From positions 6,606-38,605 of the forward strand of contig CAYHYM010000006.1 in NCBI GenBank assembly GCA_964360965.1: DNA of 32,000 nucleotides, in the 5' to 3' direction. Positions 1-8,348 of this stretch are shown piece by piece (within the stretch, counting starts at the first letter, position 1; every line of letters begins with the position of its first letter). The notes under the pieces were generated by a model. The model saw nothing but the letters and a program-made list of their open reading frames with translations. It did no database searches and was not told the DNA's origin. Made by a program: the position numbers and the translations under genes. The stretch comes from an uncultured Gammaproteobacteria bacterium (GTDB taxonomy: Bacteria > Patescibacteriota > Microgenomatia > Daviesbacterales > UBA10151).

Positions 1-1
1 C

Positions 2-244
2 CCTACCCCAACTCCAACACCCACTCCAACACCCACCCCCACCCCTACTCCATTACCAGGTGCAGCTGTCAGCTGTGGCTCTAGTGGCCCTGCCAGAGCA
101 AGTGGGTTAGTTTCTACTCCTGTACTGACTTCTCCAAAATTTAGTACTACCGGTGCTTGTGTTGTTGACCCAAAAGCAGCTTTTGTACCCTTTAAAATCC
201 CCACCTATGATGATTTACAATCTTTATATTACACACAAAAATGA
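2..244 (+). CDS. 3' end of an ORF entering the window (partial): Pro-Thr repeat linker plus Cys-containing tail; hypothetical surface protein
   Basis: The frame starting at nt 2 is open from the window edge. It translates PTPTPTPTPTPTPTPTPLPGAAVSCGSS...IPTYDDLQSLYYTQK and stops at TGA 242-244, overlapping the next ATG as ATGA. It is absent from the ORF track because it has no start inside the window. Confidence 0.5.
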   Translation, partial: PTPTPTPTPTPTPTPTPLPGAAVSCGSSGPARASGLVSTPVLTSPKFSTTGACVVDPKAAFVPFKIPTYDDLQSLYYTQK

Positions 245-2073
245 AAAAAATTATCACCATACTGCTAATTTCATTCATATTATTATTAACAGTGCATAAA
301 GAAGCAGCAGCTGCCACCTATAACTTTACTGCGGCTTATTCCAATACCCAAGGTCCAATCTGGTATTACTACTACAAATATGCGTATGGTAATTTTGATC
401 CTTCTCCAGCTATTTTCGGCAATACCGGCACCATGCAGCCTCAATCTTGGTATGGCCAACCCAGCAATAATTACTGGTATGATTGCACAGGTTGTTGGGG
501 CATGATAGCTCCTTCCAAAATCACTGGTGGGGATTCTAATATGGCTGTGATTTACTGGAAAGCACCTGCTGCTGGGAAGGCCACCATGACCTTAACTCAA
601 ACTAAAACTGATGGTCTAGGCCCAATATCTAGTTGGAATAATGGCTATAAAATTGGTATGGGTGCTGTCACATTTGGCAGATGGTTTAGCAATAATCAAA
701 GACCGAGCAATGAAATTTCAGTGGCAGCCAATGATAATTCCACTAAAACCATCACTTTTACCCAGGATGTAGTCCCAGGTGATGCTTTAATTTATTACAA
801 TGATAGTAATGGCTTGACCTATTATGATGCTGCCACCTTATCTCTGACTGTTACTTTAGACACTGTTCCCGCCCCTCCTACCAATTTCAGCGGATCAGCT
901 GTTAGCTCAACTCAAATAAATCTGTCCTGGAATGCTGTGACAGATGCCAGCTCTTATAAATTAGAACGCTGTGCTTTTGCTGTGGCTGCTACCTGCAATA
1001 ATTTCGGCCAGATAGCTACTCCAACCAACAATTCTTATTCTGATACCAATCTCTCCTGTGCCACCTCGTACCGTTATCGACTCACCGGCCAAAATAGCGC
1101 CGGCTCCTCCAACCCCACCAGTCCCATCACTGTTACTACTCCTGGCTGTCCTACCCCACCTTCAGCTCCCACTAATTTACGGGTCACTGAAACTACTCAA
1201 AATATGGTTGGATTAGCCTGGAATTCTGCTACCGGTGCTACAGGATATGGTGTGGAAAGGTGTACCGGCAGTGGTTGTAGCGCTTTTTTCCAGATAGCCA
1301 CCACTGGCAGCAGCTCAACTGCCTATTATCACACCAATCTATCCTGTGCCACCTCGTACCGTTATCGAGTCAAAGCCACTAACTCTGCCGGTAGTTCTTC
1401 ATATTCAAATGTGGCCTCTGCTACCACTAGCCCATGTCCTGCTCCGCCTCCTCCTCCACCACCTCCACCGCCAGCTGCTCCAGCTTCATCTGGTGCTGGA
1501 GTGACTAAAGAGCCTATTATCTACGGCGATGTCACCACCCAAGGAGGTAGTACAGATAAGATCCAACTAACAGGTAGCAATGATCATATTTATCAGATCC
1601 AAAAATCCTCCCCTACCTCAAATGATGGCAACTTGACTCTCTCTGCTGCTATCCCGGGCAACAGGATTGGGGTAATTTTTGTAGCTGGCAATTTAATTAT
1701 TAATCCCTCATCAGGCACAGTCGGTACTACTCAAGATGGATTGGTCTTTGTGGTCAAAGGGGATGTGTTTATCTCTCCTTCTACTACTAGAATTGATGCA
1801 GTCATTATTTCATCAGGCAGAATTTACACTGCTGCCAGTAGTGGTTCAACTTGTAGTAGTAGTGCTCCGGTATTAACCACCTCACCACTAATCATTAACG
1901 GCAGTTTGGTGTCTATTAATCAAGAACCAGCAGAACAAACCCCAATTAAATTCTGCCGCACCCTTGCCAATAATACCCAGGCTGCGGAGCAAATTAATGC
2001 TCAACCTAAATATCTGGTCATACTTAGAAATATGTTGTCTGATACCTTGCAAAGATGGTCAGAGATTCCATAA
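241..2073 (+). CDS. Secreted surface protein: signal peptide, aromatic-rich N-terminal domain, two tandem Cys-containing FN3-like modules, poly-Pro linker, repetitive beta-rich C-terminal domain
   Basis: 610 aa. N-terminal MKKIITILLISFILLLTVHKEAAAA signal. Two ~95-aa modules show the FN3 pattern (NLSWNAV...Y.LERC...LSCATSYRYR...NSAGSS). PPPPPPPPPPP run at about nt 1438-1482. Confidence 0.8.
   Translation: MKKIITILLISFILLLTVHKEAAAATYNFTAAYSNTQGPIWYYYYKYAYGNFDPSPAIFGNTGTMQPQSWYGQPSNNYWYDCTGCWGMIAPSKITGGDSNMAVIYWKAPAAGKATMTLTQTKTDGLGPISSWNNGYKIGMGAVTFGRWFSNNQRPSNEISVAANDNSTKTITFTQDVVPGDALIYYNDSNGLTYYDAATLSLTVTLDTVPAPPTNFSGSAVSSTQINLSWNAVTDASSYKLERCAFAVAATCNNFGQIATPTNNSYSDTNLSCATSYRYRLTGQNSAGSSNPTSPITVTTPGCPTPPSAPTNLRVTETTQNMVGLAWNSATGATGYGVERCTGSGCSAFFQIATTGSSSTAYYHTNLSCATSYRYRVKATNSAGSSSYSNVASATTSPCPAPPPPPPPPPPAAPASSGAGVTKEPIIYGDVTTQGGSTDKIQLTGSNDHIYQIQKSSPTSNDGNLTLSAAIPGNRIGVIFVAGNLIINPSSGTVGTTQDGLVFVVKGDVFISPSTTRIDAVIISSGRIYTAASSGSTCSSSAPVLTTSPLIINGSLVSINQEPAEQTPIKFCRTLANNTQAAEQINAQPKYLVILRNMLSDTLQRWSEIP
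868..1440 (+). repeat. Tandem duplication of an FN3-like coding module (about 285 + 288 nt)
   Basis: The 36-nt block accaatct[c/a]tcctgtgccacctcgtaccgttatcga occurs at 1045-1080 and 1333-1368, exactly 288 nt apart, with 1 mismatch. Confidence 0.8.
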
Positions 2074-2079
2074 AGCTCA

Positions 2080-2802
2080 TCACTTGCCAAAATTACGCTT
2101 CTGGCTCTGGTACCACAAAATAGCTTTTTTAAGCTCCCCTTCATCAAAATCAGGCCATAAAGTTTTAGTAAAATAAAGCTCGGAATAGGCTGTTTGCCAA
2201 AGCAGGAAGTTAGAGAGTCTTATCTTGCCCCCTGTTCTAATCACCAGCTCCGGATCAGGAATGCCATTGGTATATAAATGCCTTGATATCATCTCCTCAT
2301 TAATTTTGTCAACCTTAACCCCATCTTTGACCAAATCCTTAACAGCCTCCACCAGTTCTTTTTTACCTCCGTAATTTAGGGCAATATTTAATTTTATGGA
2401 TTCATTTTTAATATAAGTCTTTTTAATCTCAGTAACAATTCTTTTGATAGTTATAGGTAAACCCTTAAGCTCGCCCAATACAGCCACCTTTACGCCATTG
2501 TCCATCATTTTTTTTAATTTTGTATGATAACCCCTTCTCATCAGGTCAAAAAGACCCCGGATTTCTCTTTTGGCCCGCTCTTTTAAATTTTCAGTGGACA
2601 GCGCATAAACAGTGACAGTATCAACACCGAACTTTTCAGCAGCCTCCACCACCTTTTCCAAAGTATCTGCACCTTTTTCATGACCTTTAAGGTCAGGTAA
2701 ATGGTGAGCCCGGGCCCAACGTCTGTTGCCATCCATCACAATGGCAATATGTTCAGGTATGTTGTTTTTGTCTATGCCGTTTGTTGAATTTGTTTTGATC
2801 AT
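2080..2802 (-). CDS. uppS: Undecaprenyl (cis-polyprenyl) diphosphate synthase
   Basis: 240 aa. Signatures HIAIVMDGNRRWA and IRTGGKIRLSNFLLWQTAYSELYF, with C-terminal RNFG. The ATG at 2800-2802 overlaps the upstream gene's TGA (ATGA). Confidence 0.9.
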   Translation of the reverse strand: MIKTNSTNGIDKNNIPEHIAIVMDGNRRWARAHHLPDLKGHEKGADTLEKVVEAAEKFGVDTVTVYALSTENLKERAKREIRGLFDLMRRGYHTKLKKMMDNGVKVAVLGELKGLPITIKRIVTEIKKTYIKNESIKLNIALNYGGKKELVEAVKDLVKDGVKVDKINEEMISRHLYTNGIPDPELVIRTGGKIRLSNFLLWQTAYSELYFTKTLWPDFDEGELKKAILWYQSQKRNFGK

Positions 2803-3833
2803 CTGTCTCTTTCAATTAAAAAATCAGCCATATATGCAAGAAGCTTGGCTAGTCTTTTATCCGGGGTTATTTTGACAATAACCTTTTTGGCCTGATTTAC
2901 ATATTGTAAAGCCTTTTGTCTGGAATAAGCAAGTGAGCCGCTATCAGTAAACACTTTACGCACTGCCTCAAGTCCCCTATTCCCCACATTACCTTTTCCA
3001 TAATATTTATCCAGAATTTTGCGTTGGCTGGGATTAGCCAATTTTGCCGCCTGAGTTATCAACAGGGTATTTTTACCTTCCTCAATATCTGAGGTGGCAG
3101 ACTTCCCCAAAGTTTTCTCATCCCCAAATACCCCCAAAATATCATCCTGAACCTGAAAAGCAATCCCCAAATTCTCTCCAAACTCCTCTAAATTATTAAG
3201 TAACTTTTGACTGCCTCCTGCCAAAATGGCCCCCAGCTGAAGAGGATCAATAATGGTGTAATAAGCAGTTTTGAGCTTGTGGATGATGATCACCTCTTTG
3301 TCTACCCTATCCCCTTTTAGATGAGGCAACTCTACATCTAGAACTTCTCCTAACCCGGTATTTATAACTGTTTGAGCAAAGGCAGATATAGCTCTATTTT
3401 TTCTATCCTCTGGGAAATTAGCTTCACTTATCAACCTTACAGTTAAGAAAAAACCAATATCAGCCAAAGCTATAGTTTGAGAGATGCCATAATGACCTCC
3501 ACCTAACTGTTTGTAAATCGTAGGCTTACCGCGTCTTAAATCACTCTGGTCAATAATATCATCATGAGCTAAAATTGCAGTCTGAAAAATTTCATAGGCT
3601 GCACCAACCTTTATTATCTCACCTCCGAGGTGGTCTTCTCCTATCTCATACCCCAGCTTTACTAAAGTCCCACGCAATCTTTTCCCTCCAGCACAGTTTT
3701 CTATTAAAACTTGGGCTAAAGGAACCAAGGTGGGACTAACTTCCCTTACCTCTTCCAGCCAAATTCTAGAAAACCGTTCAATTTCTTGATCAATCTCCTG
3801 CGCAACATCTTTTAGATAGACTTTAAAATCCAT
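2799..3833 (-). CDS. trans-Polyprenyl diphosphate synthase (geranylgeranyl-type or longer)
   Basis: 344 aa. First Asp-rich motif LAHDDIIDQSDLRRGKPT. The second motif FQVQDDILGVFGDEKTLGK reads DDILG. Non-aromatic Ile/Ala at -4/-5 of motif 1 suggests a C20 or longer product (inference). Confidence 0.85.
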   Translation of the reverse strand: MDFKVYLKDVAQEIDQEIERFSRIWLEEVREVSPTLVPLAQVLIENCAGGKRLRGTLVKLGYEIGEDHLGGEIIKVGAAYEIFQTAILAHDDIIDQSDLRRGKPTIYKQLGGGHYGISQTIALADIGFFLTVRLISEANFPEDRKNRAISAFAQTVINTGLGEVLDVELPHLKGDRVDKEVIIIHKLKTAYYTIIDPLQLGAILAGGSQKLLNNLEEFGENLGIAFQVQDDILGVFGDEKTLGKSATSDIEEGKNTLLITQAAKLANPSQRKILDKYYGKGNVGNRGLEAVRKVFTDSGSLAYSRQKALQYVNQAKKVIVKITPDKRLAKLLAYMADFLIERDR

Positions 3834-3858
3834 GTAAAGCTAAATCTACCACAAAAAC

Positions 3859-4899
3859 TCAGTAAGTTCTAGTTAAAGCTAACAGTTCTTCTGGAATTTG
3901 ACCAGATCTAAAATCATAGACCTTGGGTTTAGAGTTAGGAAAAGTTAGTGGTTCGGGTTGCCCAAAGACATAATCCATAGGTTTATAACCCCAACTTTTG
4001 AGTTTATCCATAGCTTTATCTCCCTCATCCGGTAAAACAGAGGCTCCTCCATGAAGACCCACCTTATCAAATCCTCTTACCATCTCTTCTTCTAATAACT
4101 CTCCTCTTTCTAGAAATTCTACTGGTAAACCATGGCTTTTACCTATTTTAACTAACTCTGTTGTATTAGAGCTGGTCGGAGAACCTAAAACTACTAACAT
4201 CTTTATCCCGTTTTGTATTAAACCATCTAATACTCCTTGCCTACCATAGGTAGCAAAACAAATTCCTACTCTAGGCAATCCTCGCAGTCCCGTAAATTTA
4301 TCCCTATATTCCTCAATCATAGCCATTCCTTGTTGAACATTTAGAGTTGTTTGACTATCAGCAAAGTACATCTCATTATGATGAACTTGATAATCTTCTA
4401 ATACAGATCTATCTGTTACTGGCACTACATGAGAAGGAGCTTGTTCTATGACTGCTTTAGGTTCGGGATGAGTTACATCTTTACAGTAATAAAGAACTTT
4501 AGCTGTTTTGTCTTTTTTTCTAGCCTCAGTAATTGCTCTTAAAACTCGCTGATGAACGTTATCTACTAAAGGACAACTTAAATCATAATGTAATAAACTT
4601 TTGGCTATAGATGATCTTAAATCTAGTGGAGATAACCCATGCATGGAATTAGCTACCACAGCTCCTTCTGGAACTTCTTTAATATCTTCAACAAAAACTG
4701 CACCTTGAGTTCTTAATTCTTCTGTAACTCTGTTGTTGTGAACTAAACCATTTTTATTGGGAATATAAACTGTACCATGTTCTCCCAAAAGAACTTTTAG
4801 TTGCTCAATCCCCCAATTAACCCCAGCACAAGTAAAAGATGGGTAGGCTCTTAAAGCTACTTTTTCAGCTGAGGTTTCAATAACCACAAGTATCAACAA
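3859..4899 (-). CDS. ispH: 4-hydroxy-3-methylbut-2-enyl diphosphate reductase homologue (IspH/LytB)
   Basis: 346 aa, collinear with remembered E. coli IspH blocks: FTCAGV/FCAGV, VHNNRV/VHNRYV, SMHGLS/SAHGVS, LSCPLVDNVH/ATCPLVTKVH, THPEP/GHPEV, SQTTL/TQTTL, ICFATYGRQ/ICYATTNRQ, GSPTSSNT/GSKNSSNS, GGASV/AGASA. All three Fe-S Cys are present. The start is TTG at 4899 (GTG at 4890 is possible), so the 5' end is uncertain. Confidence 0.75.
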   Translation of the reverse strand: MLILVVIETSAEKVALRAYPSFTCAGVNWGIEQLKVLLGEHGTVYIPNKNGLVHNNRVTEELRTQGAVFVEDIKEVPEGAVVANSMHGLSPLDLRSSIAKSLLHYDLSCPLVDNVHQRVLRAITEARKKDKTAKVLYYCKDVTHPEPKAVIEQAPSHVVPVTDRSVLEDYQVHHNEMYFADSQTTLNVQQGMAMIEEYRDKFTGLRGLPRVGICFATYGRQGVLDGLIQNGIKMLVVLGSPTSSNTTELVKIGKSHGLPVEFLERGELLEEEMVRGFDKVGLHGGASVLPDEGDKAMDKLKSWGYKPMDYVFGQPEPLTFPNSKPKVYDFRSGQIPEELLALTRTY

Positions 4900-4947
4900 T
4901 ATACACTTTGTTGATGAATCTGTCTATAAGTGATATATTAGTGCTTT

Positions 4948-5994
4948 ATGAAGCCAAAATCACAACCAGAGAGTGCAAAGGCAGTTGAAAAAAGAAAAGT
5001 TGAACATATTAATATTCAGCTAAAAAATGATGTTGAATATCAAAATAAAACCAATCTTTTCGAAGATGTTTTTTTAGTACATAACGCTCTACCAGAACTA
5101 GCTAGATCTGATATTGATACCTCTACTAAATTTTTAGGCAAAAAGTTATCTGCACCATTTATGGTAGCCGCTATTACTGGTGGAGCTAAAGAAGCTGCAA
5201 ATATTAATAGAAATATCGCCAAAGCTTGCCAAAAATTAGGTCTAGCCATGGGATTTGGCAGTATGAAGGCCATGATAGTAGAACCTACGCTTACCTATTC
5301 TTATCAAGTTCGAGATGTAGCACCAGATATTCTACTGGCAGGTAATATTGGAGCTAATGATTTAAAACATTTTTCTCCCAAGGTCTTAAAAGAGGTTATG
5401 AAAAAAACAGGTCTAGATATATTGGCAGTTCACTTAAATCCAGCTCAGGAATTAGTTCAAAAAGAGGGCGATGCTGATTTTAGAGGAGTTTTAGAGATGA
5501 TAAAAAGATACTCTGAGCAGTTACCTATCTATGTTAAAGAAGTAGGACAAGGGATCTCCTTTGAGGTAGCTAAAAAACTAGCCAAAACTAATATTAAAGC
5601 CATAGATGTGGCTGGATCAGGAGGAACTTCTTGGATTGGTATTGAATATTTAAGAAGGGGTATGAAAACTGGACCATATTGGGATTGGGGTATTCCTACT
5701 GCCCTAGCTTTAATTCAAACTAGAAAAGCTACTAAATTACCTATAATTGCCACAGGTGGTATAAGATCTGGCGAAGAGGTGGTTAAAGCATTGTCTCTAG
5801 GAGCTAACATTGCTGCAGCAGCTTTACCCATGCTTAGAACAGCTGCCAAAGATGAAGAGGAAGTCTTCAATGAACTTCAAAGAATAGTCAGAGAGATTGG
5901 AGATATCATGTTTTTAGTGGGAGCAAAAGAAGTAAATGATCTTAAAAAGACTAAACCAATAATTACCAGAGTACTAAAAGAACTAACAGTATAA
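4948..5994 (+). CDS. fni: Type-2 (FMN-dependent) isopentenyl-diphosphate delta-isomerase
   Basis: 348 aa. Blocks KRKVEHINI, FMVAAITGG, VKEVGQGIS, IDVAGSGGTSW and ATGGIRSGEEVVKAL. Confidence 0.9.
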   Translation: MKPKSQPESAKAVEKRKVEHINIQLKNDVEYQNKTNLFEDVFLVHNALPELARSDIDTSTKFLGKKLSAPFMVAAITGGAKEAANINRNIAKACQKLGLAMGFGSMKAMIVEPTLTYSYQVRDVAPDILLAGNIGANDLKHFSPKVLKEVMKKTGLDILAVHLNPAQELVQKEGDADFRGVLEMIKRYSEQLPIYVKEVGQGISFEVAKKLAKTNIKAIDVAGSGGTSWIGIEYLRRGMKTGPYWDWGIPTALALIQTRKATKLPIIATGGIRSGEEVVKALSLGANIAAAALPMLRTAAKDEEEVFNELQRIVREIGDIMFLVGAKEVNDLKKTKPIITRVLKELTV

Positions 5995-5997
5995 AAA

Positions 5998-6798
5998 ATG
6001 AAACTAATAATACTAAAACTAGGCGGTAGTATTCTTACTTTAAAACACAGGAACATCCCCATTTTTAGAACCCGGATCGTTCACAGAATAATTAAAGAGA
6101 TTAAAAGGGCACAAACTGAGAATAATTTTAAACTGATATTAATACACGGGACCGGGTCTTTTGGTCATCCGGTAGCTAAATTTTATAATTTAAACAAAGG
6201 CCTACTATTTGATTCCACTGGCATGGGTTTATCAAAATCGAAGAGATTGGGTTACTTATTGAACGGGTTAATATGGCAAGTTCTTGAGCAAAATAATTTA
6301 CCAGGAATTACCATTCCCCCATACTCAATTATTACTTCTATTAATGGACGAATAAGTTCGATGAATTTACGGCCAATAAAAACAACTCTAGACATTAACA
6401 GGATCCCAATACTTTTTGGGGATGAGGTTATAGATCTTAAGAAGGGGTACTCTGTGTGTTCAAGTGATCATATCTCTGCATATTTAGCACATAAACTAAA
6501 GCCAGATTTATTACTTTTCGCTTCAGACGTAGACGGCGTGTATGATCAAAATCCTAAAGTTAACCCTGAGGCTGATAAGTTTTCAAATATAGAGCTCAAA
6601 AACATTAATCAACTCCAATCCCAAATTAAACCTTACAACTTATCCGATATTTCGGGAGAGATGGCAGGTAAATTACGATCTTTATGCGACTTTACCTTCT
6701 CTAGTAGAACCAGAATTAGGCTTTTTAGTGGCTTAACCCCTAATCAGGTTTATAAAGCACTTAATAACCAACCAGTGGGAACACGCATCTCTTTCTAG
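5998..6798 (+). CDS. Isopentenyl phosphate kinase (amino-acid-kinase fold)
   Basis: 266 aa. IILKLGGSILT and LIHGTGSFGHP match the IPK Gly-rich and HGxGSFGH motifs. It starts 3 nt after the fni stop. Confidence 0.75.
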   Translation: MKLIILKLGGSILTLKHRNIPIFRTRIVHRIIKEIKRAQTENNFKLILIHGTGSFGHPVAKFYNLNKGLLFDSTGMGLSKSKRLGYLLNGLIWQVLEQNNLPGITIPPYSIITSINGRISSMNLRPIKTTLDINRIPILFGDEVIDLKKGYSVCSSDHISAYLAHKLKPDLLLFASDVDGVYDQNPKVNPEADKFSNIELKNINQLQSQIKPYNLSDISGEMAGKLRSLCDFTFSSRTRIRLFSGLTPNQVYKALNNQPVGTRISF

Positions 6799-6800
6799 CC

Positions 6801-7577
6801 TTACCTGCCTAGTCTTTTTTCATAACCTTCAAATTGTTTAATTGTTTGAAGAAGTTTTTCTGGAGTTAAGTTAGGAAAAAGGTGAGGCAAAAATATCCAA
6901 GCAGAATTAGCAGTTTGCAGCGGCATGAAACCAGAGGTATGCGGTAGCTCATTTCTATCAACTCCTGTCCTAATGACTAAATCTACTGATGGTTGACCTG
7001 CTGTATCTAAAAAGTGGCCAATCCCCTTACTCTTATCTTGACCATTTAGCAGTAACTGCCTGACTGCCCTATCTATCTCATCTTTACCACCATAGTCTAG
7101 GGCTAAATTAAGATTATGTCTTTGAAAATGAGCAGTGGAGCGCTCTAAATCAGTAATCACTTCAAGTAGATCTTTAGGTAACCTATCTTTGCGCCCTAGA
7201 TGAATAAATCTAGCTCCAGCTTCATACAGCTCCTGCCTAAAATCAGCCCGTGATAAATGCTCCTTAGCTAAACCCATGACAAAACTAGATTGCTTACGAT
7301 CTCTTCTCCAATTATCAGTGGACCAGACCCAAAAAGTTAGGGTGTGAATTCCCCAAACTCTGCCAGCTCTGGCAATACCCTTAATCACTTCTACCCCAGC
7401 CATATGCCCAAGGTATGGCAAAAGGTGCATGTTGTAAGCAGCTCTTCTATTTCCATCGCAGATAATAGCTACATGTCTAGTTTTTTGGGGATCAACTTCA
7501 TATGAAGGGATTTCTGCTTTTTCCCAGGTTGAGGCGATATCATCTGCCCAACCTTGAGCTATTTCAACTCCATACAT
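6801..7577 (-). CDS. Second, divergent cis-prenyltransferase (UppS-family paralogue)
   Basis: 258 aa. HVAIICDGNRRAA, LTFWVWSTDNWRR, ALDYGGKDEI, LVIRTG and C-terminal RLGR. The segment after IRTG (VDRNELPHTSGFMPLQTANSAW) departs from the canonical SGE.RLSNFLLWQ block. Confidence 0.75.
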   Translation of the reverse strand: MYGVEIAQGWADDIASTWEKAEIPSYEVDPQKTRHVAIICDGNRRAAYNMHLLPYLGHMAGVEVIKGIARAGRVWGIHTLTFWVWSTDNWRRDRKQSSFVMGLAKEHLSRADFRQELYEAGARFIHLGRKDRLPKDLLEVITDLERSTAHFQRHNLNLALDYGGKDEIDRAVRQLLLNGQDKSKGIGHFLDTAGQPSVDLVIRTGVDRNELPHTSGFMPLQTANSAWIFLPHLFPNLTPEKLLQTIKQFEGYEKRLGR

Positions 7578-7591
7578 ATAAGCTGATTATA

Positions 7592-8347
7592 TTAGTGGGC
7601 TGCAGTTCCTTCAAGGGTGGAGATAGCTATAAAGACTACTAGGACGCCTAAAAGTAGCAATACTGTTTCCCAAAAGGCCACTTTTTTATTATCTCTTGAG
7701 TGAATTTCCGGGATTAGATTGGCCAAAGCTATATAGATAAAAAAACCAGCAGTTATTGATAACATAGCTGGTAATAAACCCTCAACAGAATCTTTATAAA
7801 TGTAGGTCAAAATAGCTCCCAATAGAGCTGATAAAGCTGAAAAAAAATTAATCCACAAAACCTTGCCCCTTTTAACACCTTTTGAAAGCATTAATCCAAA
7901 ATCTGCAATTTCTTGAGGAATTTCGTGGGCGGCAACTGCAAAAGTCGTGACAATTCCCAAAGGTATACTTATTAAAAATGTGGCTGCAATTGCCACCCCG
8001 TCTATAAAGTTATGCAAAGTATCACCCACCACAATTAAAGGAACAATAGTTTTCTTCTCGCCGTAACTTTTGCTTTGATCATGATGATGTATGAACCTTT
8101 CAAGAATAAAGAAAATTAAAATTCCAACCAAAGTCCAAAGAAAAATATTGATTTCACTTGGCTCTTCAAAAGCCTCAGGTAGCAGGTCAAAAAAAGCTGT
8201 CCCCAGCAGTGCTCCGGCTGCAAATGAGGCCAAAAGATGAGAAATTTTGACCGCAAACTTCTCTTTCATCAGTAGAATAATTCCCCCAATTAAGGAAACA
8301 ATGCTGCCTATAAAGGTAAACAAAATTATGTAAGCTAAAGTATCCAT
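7592..8347 (-). CDS. ZIP-family divalent metal (zinc) transporter
   Basis: Multi-TM protein with HNFIDGVAIA and the ZIP signature HEIPQEIADFG. The preferred start is ATG 8345-8347, preceded by GGAG (tGGAGtaatATG) and 1 nt after the DUF3105 stop. The track's TTG start at 8392 lies inside the upstream gene. Confidence 0.85.
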   Translation of the reverse strand: MDTLAYIILFTFIGSIVSLIGGIILLMKEKFAVKISHLLASFAAGALLGTAFFDLLPEAFEEPSEINIFLWTLVGILIFFILERFIHHHDQSKSYGEKKTIVPLIVVGDTLHNFIDGVAIAATFLISIPLGIVTTFAVAAHEIPQEIADFGLMLSKGVKRGKVLWINFFSALSALLGAILTYIYKDSVEGLLPAMLSITAGFFIYIALANLIPEIHSRDNKKVAFWETVLLLLGVLVVFIAISTLEGTAAH

Positions 8348-8348
8348 A

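Noticed and set aside
6796-6803. Looked for intrinsic terminators at convergent gene ends (6796-6803, 15027-15046, 17169-17172)
   Set aside because: The convergent genes are 2 nt apart or overlap, so there is no room for a hairpin plus T tract. No terminators were called.
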